DNA of 64,000 nt from Rickettsiales bacterium (lineage in GTDB: Bacteria > Pseudomonadota > Alphaproteobacteria > Rickettsiales > JABIRX01): contig JABJMA010000019.1 in NCBI GenBank assembly GCA_018659605.1, positions 141 through 64,140 on the forward strand. Reading direction: 5' to 3'. Position 1 is the stretch's first letter; each line of letters opens with the position of its first letter. The notes under the pieces were generated by a model. It saw only the letters and a list, made by a program, of their open reading frames with translations. It did no database searches and was not told the DNA's origin. Made by a program: the position numbers and the translations under genes. This document shows positions 20,453 to 29,891 of the stretch, one piece after another.

Positions 20453-21310
20453 ATGACAACATTGCTGCCAATCATAACCTCGGAATCTGAACTAACTACT
20501 TATCTAGGTAAAATAAATAGTTTTGCTTATCTTACTGAAACTGAGGAAAGAGAATTAGCTATATCATATAGGGATGGTAATGTAAAAGATGCTGAGCAAT
20601 TAGTAACATCGCATTTGCGGTTAGTTGCTAAGATAGCCTTTTCTTATAAGGGGTATGGTCTTTCAATGATGGATCTTATCTGCGAAGGTAATCTAGGTCT
20701 AATGCAGGCGGTAAAGAAATTTGATGTTGATAAAGGTTTTAGATTATCTACTTATGCTATGTGGTGGATTAAAGCATATATCCAAGATTATGTACTTAAA
20801 TCTTATTCTTTAGTGAGGATAGGTAGTTCAGCGCTACAAAAAAAATTATTCTTTAATTTGGGCAAAGTTAAGCAAAAGCTTAAATTATATGACCAAGGTC
20901 AGTTAAGTAGCAATGCTGATCAAGCAGAATTAATAGCGGAAGAATTAGGCGTAAGTGTTGAGTCAGTTAAAACAATGGATTGTAGATTATCACAAGGAGA
21001 TGTTTATCTGAGTGAAAAAATAGGCGGTGATGAGGACGGTCGAGAGTTAATTGATTTAATTGCCGATGAATCTGATAGCCAAGAAGTTTTATATATTGCA
21101 AATCAAGAGCGTAGCCAACAATTAGCTAAGCTAAAGCTGGCGATGTCTAAGTTAAATGAGCGTGAACAATTTATTATCCAAAATCGAAAATTGTCGGAAC
21201 AGCCAATAACATTAGATGAAATTAGTAATATCTATAACATATCTAAAGAACGTGTTAGGCAGATAGAAGTTAGAGCATTAGAGAAAATACAAGAGTTCGT
21301 TCAAGCCTAA
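20453..21310 (+). CDS. rpoH: RNA polymerase sigma-32 (heat-shock sigma factor)
   Basis: Sigma-70 regions 2 and 4 plus an RpoH-box-like LQKKLFFNLGKVK. Confidence 0.9.
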   Translation: MTTLLPIITSESELTTYLGKINSFAYLTETEERELAISYRDGNVKDAEQLVTSHLRLVAKIAFSYKGYGLSMMDLICEGNLGLMQAVKKFDVDKGFRLSTYAMWWIKAYIQDYVLKSYSLVRIGSSALQKKLFFNLGKVKQKLKLYDQGQLSSNADQAELIAEELGVSVESVKTMDCRLSQGDVYLSEKIGGDEDGRELIDLIADESDSQEVLYIANQERSQQLAKLKLAMSKLNEREQFIIQNRKLSEQPITLDEISNIYNISKERVRQIEVRALEKIQEFVQA

Positions 21311-21493
21311 ATTCAATTATTAGTAAGGGTAATTTCTTTCATCTGGAAACGGAGAATTCATTCTATAAAAGAATTCTACCTAACAATCAAAATCACGTAA
21401 AGAATCATAAGATTCTAGATATGAATTATCATATTTGCTAGCAGGACAAGAATATCTATGTAGATAGCTTGTTCTATCTAACATGAATCATAA

Positions 21494-21841
21494 TTATTGC
21501 GTAGGCCTTAAAGCTCTAGGCATTCGGCAGATATTCCGATCTTTATCATAACATTGAGACTCAGGACATAAACATGCTTTTGTGATTGCCGTAGTGCAAA
21601 TAGGCATTGTCGGCATTTCAACAGCTGAACAGTAGTTAGCACATCCATTATGAAAGAAAGTTACCTTAGCCCCAGCAGCTTCACAAGTTTCGTATAGATG
21701 AATTTTTGCGTCACTGGGAGGTGAGTTATATATAATATTTCTTCCTTTTTGTGTTATTAATTCAAATTCACTCATATCTGCGCTAGTTGGCTGACATGCT
21801 GATATAGCGGCTAATATTAATATAACTAAGGCAGTTTTCAT
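21494..21841 (-). CDS. Cys-rich putative lipoprotein
   Basis: Signal peptide with lipobox ISAC, and about 10 further Cys in 95 residues. No family recognised. Confidence 0.45.
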   Translation of the reverse strand: MKTALVILILAAISACQPTSADMSEFELITQKGRNIIYNSPPSDAKIHLYETCEAAGAKVTFFHNGCANYCSAVEMPTMPICTTAITKACLCPESQCYDKDRNICRMPRALRPTQ

Positions 21842-22016
21842 AATAGTTTTAGATATCTATGTTATTTAGTTTAATCGATAATATTAATTATACAATATTG
21901 GTAGAATATATAGCTTATGTGATAAAAATTTAGAGTAAAATAAATTAACTGTTGAGTAAGCCTTTTATATCACTTAATTAGTGATGATGAGGGATTAATA
22001 TAAAATTACTTTTATC

Positions 22017-22664
22017 ATGAAATTCTTAATTATTATTATTATATTGTCGATATTAGCTTTTCTAGTAATATCATTGCCAACCGGCTCAGGATATTTTATT
22101 ATTTATGCTGCCTTATTACTTTATTTATTAGTACCGATTCTTACTCAGTCAAAAACAGAAATATTAAGGAAGTTCAGATATTTAGCGATATGGGGTGTGA
22201 TATTTATAACTGGCTTTATAGCTATTAGTTACAAAGATATTTTTCTAAATAATCGTATTGTAGCTAATTTAGTTCCGGGCAGGGCTGAATATAATCAGCA
22301 GGAAGTTATATTTTATGCAGCAAGTGATAATCATTTTTATGTTCATGCTTTGGTAAATAGGCATAAAATAGAGTTTTTACTAGATACTGGGGCTAGTGAT
22401 ATAATATTATCTAAAAAAGATGCGAGTATGCTTGGTTTTGACCTAGCTTCATTAAAATATAATAAAATTTATTATACAGCAAATGGAGCAGTTAGGGCTG
22501 CTTCCGTTACTTTAGATAAAATTATTATTGGTGATATGGTTTTTAATAATATTAGAGTTTCCATTAATGATGGAGATATGCATAAATCCTTACTTGGTAT
22601 GAGTTTTCTAAGGCTGTTTTCATCCTATAGATTTGAATCGGATAGAGTAACATTAGTTAAGTAA
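22017..22664 (+). CDS. Membrane-anchored retropepsin-like aspartic protease (TIGR02281/APRc type)
   Basis: Three N-terminal TM helices, then a retropepsin-like domain with the catalytic block LLDTGASDIILS. Confidence 0.75.
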   Translation: MKFLIIIIILSILAFLVISLPTGSGYFIIYAALLLYLLVPILTQSKTEILRKFRYLAIWGVIFITGFIAISYKDIFLNNRIVANLVPGRAEYNQQEVIFYAASDNHFYVHALVNRHKIEFLLDTGASDIILSKKDASMLGFDLASLKYNKIYYTANGAVRAASVTLDKIIIGDMVFNNIRVSINDGDMHKSLLGMSFLRLFSSYRFESDRVTLVK

Positions 22665-22673
22665 ATATAATCA

Positions 22674-23453
22674 TTATTGATTAGTGGCATAACAAGTAAC
22701 ATTTATGATTTGTAGCTGAACCTCAAATTCCAATTTCTCTTTTAGCAGCTTAGCTTCAGCTTGAGCTATAAAATTTTTATTGATTAAAAAATTGCTTCTT
22801 TTTGATAAAATATTGGTTTCAGCAATTGCTTTGATATCTTGGCATAATTGTGATAATTTTGCATAGGTAATATTAATTCTGTCAATATCAGAGATTGGTT
22901 CTTTAAATCCGGTTTTCTGTAGCAAGTGGGCTGCCGATTTTATATCAATATAGGGGAAAAAATGTGGTGATGTTTTTTTTGCGTTTGCGTCAAAAAAAAT
23001 CTGGCGTAATTGTTTAAGATTCTCTTCACCAAAGAAGTTAGCCATAAAAACACCATCATGATTTAACAGATTCTTTATAGAGGTAAGGTAGCGAGGAATA
23101 TTATTAATATGATGAAGATCTAAAAAGCTATATACTAAATCAAACTTATGTTCAGTAGTTATAGCTTCGCTTTTAATTAAGGCTTTTGAGTATTGAGGGT
23201 AGTTTTGTAACAGCTTGTTTGATAAATCACAAATCACAAACTTCTCTTTTGCCTTATTTGCCAAGAAGTATACTAATTCTTCAGACATAACTCCTATTAG
23301 TAGAATATTATCAAATTGGGCAGAAAAACTATCAAAACGTTCAGTAATATTCTGGAATATATATTCCAATAGAAAATGGTTTTGATTAGATTTAGATTTT
23401 GCAACTAAGTTTCGTTTATGAATCAGTGCTTTTTGATCAAAAATATCAGGCAT
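22674..23453 (-). CDS. Class I methyltransferase-fold protein, NDUFAF5-like
   Basis: Collinear with alphaproteobacterial NDUFAF5 homologues (FDLVYSFLDLHHINNIP, DGVFMANFFGEENLKQLR, LLQKTGF). The Gly-rich SAM motif looks degenerate (LLIGVMSEE). Confidence 0.6.
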   Translation of the reverse strand: MPDIFDQKALIHKRNLVAKSKSNQNHFLLEYIFQNITERFDSFSAQFDNILLIGVMSEELVYFLANKAKEKFVICDLSNKLLQNYPQYSKALIKSEAITTEHKFDLVYSFLDLHHINNIPRYLTSIKNLLNHDGVFMANFFGEENLKQLRQIFFDANAKKTSPHFFPYIDIKSAAHLLQKTGFKEPISDIDRINITYAKLSQLCQDIKAIAETNILSKRSNFLINKNFIAQAEAKLLKEKLEFEVQLQIINVTCYATNQ

Positions 23454-23456
23454 AAA

Positions 23457-24215
23457 TTATATCAGATTTGCGATAACTATCAATTGCGCCAAGATTGCTA
23501 AGTTAATCCTTGGTCTATTACTTATATTGAGAAGTAATAAATATATTACATATATGCCTGCCAAGAGAGGTAGTGTCAAAGGCAGTGAAATTAATAACAA
23601 GATGCTAATTTTAATGATTAAAAATTTATCATCAGCAAATCTATTTTTATTAGAGAATTTTAGATACTCCAAAGATTCTGAAGCTTTGTTTTTAAGCAGA
23701 AAGAAGATATGCCAGTTAATCAAAACAAACATTAGGGCATAAAAAATTTCTAAAATTAGATCTGTTACAGTCAGACCTAATGATATTTTTTTAAGGCAAA
23801 TAAATACTAAGCAAATCTTTAATATAGAATCAATATTTTGTTTGGAGTTAACGAATATTACGCTCCAAATAGTTACTGCAAGAATAATGCCGGCATTGAT
23901 AATGAAGGGATCAGAAAAATTAAAAATTAGATAATTTATCATGAAGTAACTAAGAATAAGAACTTCTGTAACAAAATAAGCAAAGTGATATTCTATTTTG
24001 CCATTACAAAATCTACATGATCCTTTGTAAATAAAGAATGAGATTATTGAAAAATAGTCGCGAAAATATAGCTCATGTTTGCATTTGGGGCAGAATGGCT
24101 TTTCTGAGATCCAGGGCATGTTGTTAGGAATTCTGTATATTGCCATAGTTGCAAAGCTACCAAACCCTAGGCCAAATATAATTAAAAGAATAAAGCTAAA
24201 AATATCAATTATCAT
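23457..24215 (-). CDS. Prepilin peptidase (A24)-like membrane protein, possibly catalytically degenerate
   Basis: N-terminal GSFATMAIYRIP and a Cys4 pair CPKC...CRFC, then a polytopic body. The position of the first catalytic Asp motif reads FVNSKQNIDS. Confidence 0.55.
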   Translation of the reverse strand: MIIDIFSFILLIIFGLGFGSFATMAIYRIPNNMPWISEKPFCPKCKHELYFRDYFSIISFFIYKGSCRFCNGKIEYHFAYFVTEVLILSYFMINYLIFNFSDPFIINAGIILAVTIWSVIFVNSKQNIDSILKICLVFICLKKISLGLTVTDLILEIFYALMFVLINWHIFFLLKNKASESLEYLKFSNKNRFADDKFLIIKISILLLISLPLTLPLLAGIYVIYLLLLNISNRPRINLAILAQLIVIANLI

Positions 24216-24318
24216 AATAAAATTATTTTGATGGCAAGCTTATTAATATCTACTTGCAAGATCAGTAAGTTGAGATAATGAGTTACTAAATTAATTATTT
24301 ACTAATGGTATAAAGGTT

Positions 24319-24783
24319 ATGACGATAAATGCAAAATTACAAGAACAAGAAATAGAGTTACAAGATCCTGCTGCTCCAGTGGCAAATTATGTTGGCTATA
24401 ACATTATTGGTGACATGATTTATGTATCTGGTCAAATATGCATGGAGAATGGTGCCTTAAAATATGCGGGCAAGTTAGGGTCAGACTACAATGTTGAAGA
24501 TGGCCAAAAGGCTGCTCGGATATGTGCAATTAATATTCTAGCTCAGTTAAATGCTGCATGTGGTGGTAATTTAAATAAAGTAAAGAAAGTCGTAATGTTA
24601 CAAATTTTTATTAACTCTGAAAATGACTTCACGGATCAGGCGTTAGTCGCAAATGGCGCGTCGGATTTAATAGCCGAGATATTTGGTGAAAAAGGTAAGC
24701 ATGCTAGAGCAGCTGTCTCGTGTAATAGTTTGCCGAGAAACACTGCAGTTGAGGTTTGTGCTACCGTACAGATTGAAAGTTAA
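24319..24783 (+). CDS. RidA/YjgF family protein
   Basis: 154 aa with the YjgF/RidA fold pattern (VSGQ..., ARAAV..LPRNTAVEV). Confidence 0.75.
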   Translation: MTINAKLQEQEIELQDPAAPVANYVGYNIIGDMIYVSGQICMENGALKYAGKLGSDYNVEDGQKAARICAINILAQLNAACGGNLNKVKKVVMLQIFINSENDFTDQALVANGASDLIAEIFGEKGKHARAAVSCNSLPRNTAVEVCATVQIES

Positions 24784-24870
24784 TTTTATAATAAGGTTTT
24801 TAGATAGTTGGTCTTTGAATATAAATGACTTGAAACTTTTAAGCTAGTCGTTTACATAGAGGGGCCTAAT

Positions 24871-24945
24871 TGGGATGTCGCCAAGTGGTAAGGCAGTGGT
24901 TTTTGGTACCACCATGCGCAGGTTCGAATCCTGCCATCCCAGCCA
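24871..24945 (+). tRNA. tRNA-Gln (anticodon TTG)
   Basis: Cloverleaf folded by hand. Acceptor TGGGATG/CATCCCA, anticodon stem GTGGT/ACCAC, loop TTTTGGT, T-arm GGTTCGAATCC, and an encoded CCA. Confidence 0.9.
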
Positions 24946-24957
24946 CAATTTAATTTT

Positions 24958-25248
24958 ATGGATTCAGGAATTACAGTTACTATATATCAGCCTCGTAAAT
25001 CTGCCATGACTCAGGGTAATACTAATTTAGGTAAGTGGAAAATAAGGTTCTCATGTTTGGATGACAAATATACTTATGATTTGATGCAGTGGAACGGGAC
25101 AAAAAACATGAATGGAGAACTTAATCTTGAGTTCGAATCTAAAGATCAGGCTATAAAATTTGCTACTAAAAAACAGTGGCAATATCAGGTAGAAGCAAGT
25201 TATGAGAAAGTAATAATAAACAAATCTTACACTGATAATTTTAAGTAA
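24958..25248 (+). CDS. NDUFS4-like ETC complex I subunit conserved-region protein
   Basis: 96 aa. IYQPRKSAMTQG ... DLMQWNGT ... LEFESKDQAIKFA matches the pfam04800-type pattern found in alphaproteobacteria. Confidence 0.7.
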   Translation: MDSGITVTIYQPRKSAMTQGNTNLGKWKIRFSCLDDKYTYDLMQWNGTKNMNGELNLEFESKDQAIKFATKKQWQYQVEASYEKVIINKSYTDNFK

Positions 25249-25253
25249 TATTT

Positions 25254-26141
25254 ATGGAAAATATAAGGGAGTCAAAAAGATCGGGCTATAGCAAGAGTTT
25301 GTTGCTTGTTACATTCTTATTTTTATCTATTCTAATTGGATTTTTTACTTTAAATAAATATCAAAATTTATTTATTGAGAAGGAAGTTAATATTACCGCA
25401 ATAGAAGATGAAGCGTTTGAGGGTAATGAGTTGAAAAGCGATATACAATCAGATATTAAAGATATTTTACAAATAGAAGATGATGTTATTGTTGTGCTTG
25501 AGGTAGATGAGAATATTGCTGCTCCAATAGTACAGCCATCTGTTAATTCCCTTGAATTCGCCATACAAATAGAGAAATTGAATGAACGTATTGAATCATT
25601 AGAGTTAAGATTACAGGAGTTTAATCAAGTTGTAGTCAATATACCAAATTATCAGCAGATTGTTATTGCAATTATTGATCTTGAGAATGCAATTAAAACA
25701 GGTAAAGAGTTTGCTGGTATTGTGTTAGGTATTAAAAATATAACAGAAGATTCTTACATTACTTCTCGTGTTGATAGAATATCTGAGGCTAATTTTTTAG
25801 TAATATATGGCAATGATAATATCAATAATAATTTTACAAGAAGTTTATCTCGATATGATAATTCACTATTGTTAAACAATAATTCACGAAATATTTGGTA
25901 TAAATTATTAGGAGATTTTATAGTAATTAAAAAAACAGGGAATTTCTCTGGTGATGCTGAGGATCTAATTGATCAGGCTGAAATATTTTTGTATGAGGGG
26001 CATATTGAGAGAGCTTTAGATAATTTAAGGCTGTTAGATGAAGAGCGCTATGACTTCTTTCAAGATTTTGTTAGAAATGCCACTAACTCTATGGAGGCTC
26101 TTAGGTTATGCGCTGAAATAAAAAGCTATTTGAATCTATAA
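25254..26141 (+). CDS. Mic60/mitofilin-domain (HemX-like) membrane protein
   Basis: N-terminal TM, central coiled coil, and a C-terminal block GDAEDLIDQAEIFLYEGHIERALDNLRLLDEE...FVRNATNSMEALRL resembling the mitofilin signature. It lies directly upstream of a HemY-like gene, as in other alphaproteobacteria. Confidence 0.5.
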   Translation: MENIRESKRSGYSKSLLLVTFLFLSILIGFFTLNKYQNLFIEKEVNITAIEDEAFEGNELKSDIQSDIKDILQIEDDVIVVLEVDENIAAPIVQPSVNSLEFAIQIEKLNERIESLELRLQEFNQVVVNIPNYQQIVIAIIDLENAIKTGKEFAGIVLGIKNITEDSYITSRVDRISEANFLVIYGNDNINNNFTRSLSRYDNSLLLNNNSRNIWYKLLGDFIVIKKTGNFSGDAEDLIDQAEIFLYEGHIERALDNLRLLDEERYDFFQDFVRNATNSMEALRLCAEIKSYLNL

Positions 26142-26142
26142 T

Positions 26143-27471
26143 ATGGTTAATTTGGTTGCCTTAATCCTATTCATCTCAGTTGGTTTGGTCTATATATTTA
26201 GAGTATTCCCCGAGGATCAATTCTTAATGATAATAGAATTAAGCGAATATCAGCTTGAGATAAAATCTACACTTGTTTTTTCAGGGTTAATTTTATTAAT
26301 CACATTAATAGTTTTTATAGTTTATTTTATTATCAATTTTTTTACAGCCTATCGTAATAATAACTATCGCTCAATTATCAAAGGCCATCAAAATTCTCAG
26401 GTGGTATTATCTGATTTTATGAAGAACTTATATCTGCGTGATACGGTGAAGGCTCAAAAGAATATAAAGCAATTAAAACGTTATCTTGATAATAAATCAT
26501 ATTTATACCGTTTCCTTAACTTGCAGCACTTAATGGTGCAGGGAGATGATAAAAAGATAAAATCAGAATTATTATCTATGAATTGTGATTATCCAAATGA
26601 TATTTTTATCTTAAATAGCTTGGGCTTAGAATGCCATAAGAATAATGATTATGAATCATCCATTAACTACCTAGAGCGCTCTGTTAACATTGACTGTAAA
26701 TCCCATAATACAGTGGATGTTTTAATTACGAATTATCAAATTTGTGATGAGTATAATAAGTTGGATGATCTGATTAAACGAGCAATTAGAAAAAGACTAA
26801 TTAAGAAAAATGAGTACAGCAAAGAGATATCATTAAATTATTTGGCCATGGCACGCAACTATTACCAGAAAAATGATCTTAAAAATTATTATAAATATTC
26901 AGATCTATCTTTTAAGCAGCTAGAGCATCACCAATATGTTTTCAATAATTACATAAAATCATTACTATTAAGACATAAAGAGACAAAAGCTATTAATTTA
27001 ATTGTTAATCATTGGGACAAACTGGCTCATCCCAAGTTGCGTGAATATTTAATCACTTTGCTCAAAAACAGATCTGATAAATACAAATTGAAAATTACAC
27101 GTGATCTTATAGAGCGTAATTGCTATGATGTTGAATCATTTGTGATTTTTGGCTATATAAATAAAGATAATACTGATTTACATGATGAGGCTATTAAATA
27201 TTTAGATAGGGCCATTAATATTGCTAAAATAAGAGAGATAACAGAACTGTTAATTGAGATTAAATCTAAATATTATCCTGATACAGATAGTGAAATTATA
27301 AATCTTAAAAAATCTAAAGATAATATAACTTCCGAATATATATATGTGTGTGCAGAATGTGAGGAGGTGCAAGAGCATTGGCAACTGATCTGTAATAGGT
27401 GTAATAGTGTTGATCAGATTAACATTCGATTAGATAATAAGAATAAACTATCTTTATTAGATTATTCTTAA
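26143..27471 (+). CDS. HemY-like TPR membrane protein
   Basis: Two N-terminal TM helices, TPR-like repeats, and a C-terminal Cys4 ribbon CAEC...W..CNRC. Synteny with the Mic60-like gene supports the call. Confidence 0.6.
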   Translation: MVNLVALILFISVGLVYIFRVFPEDQFLMIIELSEYQLEIKSTLVFSGLILLITLIVFIVYFIINFFTAYRNNNYRSIIKGHQNSQVVLSDFMKNLYLRDTVKAQKNIKQLKRYLDNKSYLYRFLNLQHLMVQGDDKKIKSELLSMNCDYPNDIFILNSLGLECHKNNDYESSINYLERSVNIDCKSHNTVDVLITNYQICDEYNKLDDLIKRAIRKRLIKKNEYSKEISLNYLAMARNYYQKNDLKNYYKYSDLSFKQLEHHQYVFNNYIKSLLLRHKETKAINLIVNHWDKLAHPKLREYLITLLKNRSDKYKLKITRDLIERNCYDVESFVIFGYINKDNTDLHDEAIKYLDRAINIAKIREITELLIEIKSKYYPDTDSEIINLKKSKDNITSEYIYVCAECEEVQEHWQLICNRCNSVDQINIRLDNKNKLSLLDYS

Positions 27472-27491
27472 GTAAACAAACAGATAGTAAG

Positions 27492-28022
27492 ATGAAAGAA
27501 TTTCTAGACAATATAAAAAGTAAGGACCCTGCTGCCAGGAGTTATATTCAAATTATTTTATTTTATCCAGGTGTGCATGCTTTATTTTTGCATCGTATTA
27601 GCCATTTTTTATTTAAATATAAAGTGCCATTATTACCCTATCTTGTGGCTTATATTAGTAGGGCATTAACTTCAGTTGAAATCCATCCTGCAGTAAGAAT
27701 AGGCAAGAATCTTTTTATAGATCATGGGGTTGGCCTTGTTGTTGGTGAAACTGCTGTTATTGGTGATAATGTAACACTTTATCATGGTGTAACATTGGGT
27801 GGTTATAATTATGAACCGATAAAAAGACATCCAACATTAGGAAATAATGTTCTTATTGGGGCTGGTGCTAAAATCTTAGGTAATATTAAAATAGGTGACA
27901 ATGTCAAAGTTGGAGCTGGCTCAGTCGTGATTAATGATTTAGCTGAGGAAAAAACTGTAGTGGCTGAAACGGCAAAAGAGATAGAAAGATTTCGAAAGCA
28001 TAATATCGAATATATGATTTAA
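27492..28022 (+). CDS. cysE: Serine O-acetyltransferase
   Basis: DPAARS N-terminal block and left-handed beta-helix hexapeptide repeats ([31 protein letters not shown]...). Confidence 0.85.
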   Translation: MKEFLDNIKSKDPAARSYIQIILFYPGVHALFLHRISHFLFKYKVPLLPYLVAYISRALTSVEIHPAVRIGKNLFIDHGVGLVVGETAVIGDNVTLYHGVTLGGYNYEPIKRHPTLGNNVLIGAGAKILGNIKIGDNVKVGAGSVVINDLAEEKTVVAETAKEIERFRKHNIEYMI

Positions 28023-28030
28023 TATTATTA

Positions 28031-28082
28031 TACGGGCGTGACCTTGTGGTCTCCCGTGATAAAAGAACGGCATCTATTCGTG
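28031..28082. repeat. GC-rich intergenic element (rearranged family member)
   Basis: Lies between the convergent genes cysE and recQ. It shares CGGGCGTGACC with the element at 1-26 and CTCCCGTGATAAAAGAACGG with the element at 8341-8404. Confidence 0.45.
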
Positions 28083-28091
28083 TTAACGATA

Positions 28092-29891
28092 TTAGATATA
28101 TTGCTTCACAATATCTAAGAATGCAGCTCCATAACGTTTGATTTTAACGTCGCCAACACCATTAATGCGAGACAGATCGTTATTGTTTTTGGGTTTAAGT
28201 TTAGTCATCTCGATAAGAGTATTGTTGTTAAAAACAATATATGGTGGCACATTTTGTTCTTTAGCTATTTCTAATCGCTTGGTCTTAAGGTCGGTATATA
28301 GATTTTTATCATCATCATTATCTAGGAAAATATCTGTTTTAGCCTTCGCTGATTTTGGAGTATTGATCTTGCCAATATATTTACGTAAATTGACTGTGTG
28401 TTTTTCTTTTAAAAATGCAAAACCATCTTGAGTGATCTTGAGGCCACCATGCTCTATCATATCTACTCTTAGTAAATTCATAGCAACTAATTGTCTAAAT
28501 ATCGATTGCCATTCTTGTTTTTTATAATCTTGCCCTATGCCAAAGACACTTAATTTATCATGACCAAAATTAATGATTCGGTCATTGCTAGTGCCAACCA
28601 ATACTTCAATTAAGTAAGTAACACCAAATCTTTGCTCGCTCCTATATACGCATGATATGGCTTTTTGTGCTGGGATTGTTCCATCAAATATCTCAGGAGG
28701 GTTTTGACAATTATCGCAATTTCCGCAAGGTGTGCAGTTATCACCAAAATAATCTAATATAATTTGTCGTCGACATTTTGCTGCTTCGCATAGCCCAAGC
28801 AGGGCATTTAGTTTTTGATGCTCGATACGTTTTTGATCATCATGTGATGTTGACTGTTCAATCCAATTACGCTGAGTGGCGGCATCATTTAAACCATAAA
28901 ACATGACAACATTAGATGCGAGGCCATCACGGCCAGCACGGCCTGTCTCTTGATAATAAGCTTCAATGTTTTTTGGTATATTCATATGTGCAACAAAGCG
29001 TACATCTGGTTTATCAATACCCATGCCGAATGCTATGGTGGCAACTATGATAATTTTATCTTCTTTGAGAAAACGATCTTGGTTCTGAGATCGAATATTA
29101 TTATTAAGTCCTGCATGATAAGGTAAAGCATTATAACCTTTGTCAGCTAGTAATAGTGCAGTCTCTTCTACTGCTTTTCTAGATATACAATAAACAATAC
29201 CGCTATGATGATGATGCTGCTCTTTGATAAATGCTAGTAATTGTTGTTTAGCATTATCTTTAATGGTGATTGTATAATTGATATTAGGTCTATCAAAGCC
29301 TGCAACAAAGGATTTGGAGTTATTAAACTTCAGACGCTCAATAATATCGTGACGAGTTGGCCCATCCGCGGTTGCCGTCAAAGCAATACGTGGTACATCA
29401 GGAAATTTATCCGCTAGGCAATCCAACTCTGTATAATCTTTTCTAAAATCATGCCCCCATTGCGATACACAATGTGCTTCATCAATGGCAAAAAGTGAGA
29501 CTTTGATTTGTTTTAGAATATTTTGAAAACTCTCCATTAATAAGCGCTCTGGTGCCACATAGAGTAGATCAATATTACCTGCGTAAATTTCTTGCACGGT
29601 GAAATCAATTTCTGCAAAATTCATGGAAGAGTTAATATAAGCTGCTTTAACCCCAACTGCTTTTAGTGCGGTTACTTGATCTTGCATCAGGGCAATTAAG
29701 GGAGATATGACAATACCTACACCATCTCTAATTAGGGCTGGAATCTGGTAGCAAATTGATTTTCCACCGCCGGTAGGCATTAGCACAAATGCATTATTAC
29801 CTTTGACTACATGATTAATAATTGCAAGTTGATCGCCTCTAAACTCGTTATAACCATAGCTGTGCTTAAGGATTTCTATAGGGCTTTGCAT
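28092..29891 (-). CDS. recQ: ATP-dependent DNA helicase RecQ
   Basis: Helicase motifs (MPTGGGKS, DEAHCVSQWGHDFR), the RecQ zinc-binding Cys cluster, and a C-terminal HRDC domain. Confidence 0.92.
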   Translation of the reverse strand: MQSPIEILKHSYGYNEFRGDQLAIINHVVKGNNAFVLMPTGGGKSICYQIPALIRDGVGIVISPLIALMQDQVTALKAVGVKAAYINSSMNFAEIDFTVQEIYAGNIDLLYVAPERLLMESFQNILKQIKVSLFAIDEAHCVSQWGHDFRKDYTELDCLADKFPDVPRIALTATADGPTRHDIIERLKFNNSKSFVAGFDRPNINYTITIKDNAKQQLLAFIKEQHHHHSGIVYCISRKAVEETALLLADKGYNALPYHAGLNNNIRSQNQDRFLKEDKIIIVATIAFGMGIDKPDVRFVAHMNIPKNIEAYYQETGRAGRDGLASNVVMFYGLNDAATQRNWIEQSTSHDDQKRIEHQKLNALLGLCEAAKCRRQIILDYFGDNCTPCGNCDNCQNPPEIFDGTIPAQKAISCVYRSEQRFGVTYLIEVLVGTSNDRIINFGHDKLSVFGIGQDYKKQEWQSIFRQLVAMNLLRVDMIEHGGLKITQDGFAFLKEKHTVNLRKYIGKINTPKSAKAKTDIFLDNDDDKNLYTDLKTKRLEIAKEQNVPPYIVFNNNTLIEMTKLKPKNNNDLSRINGVGDVKIKRYGAAFLDIVKQYI

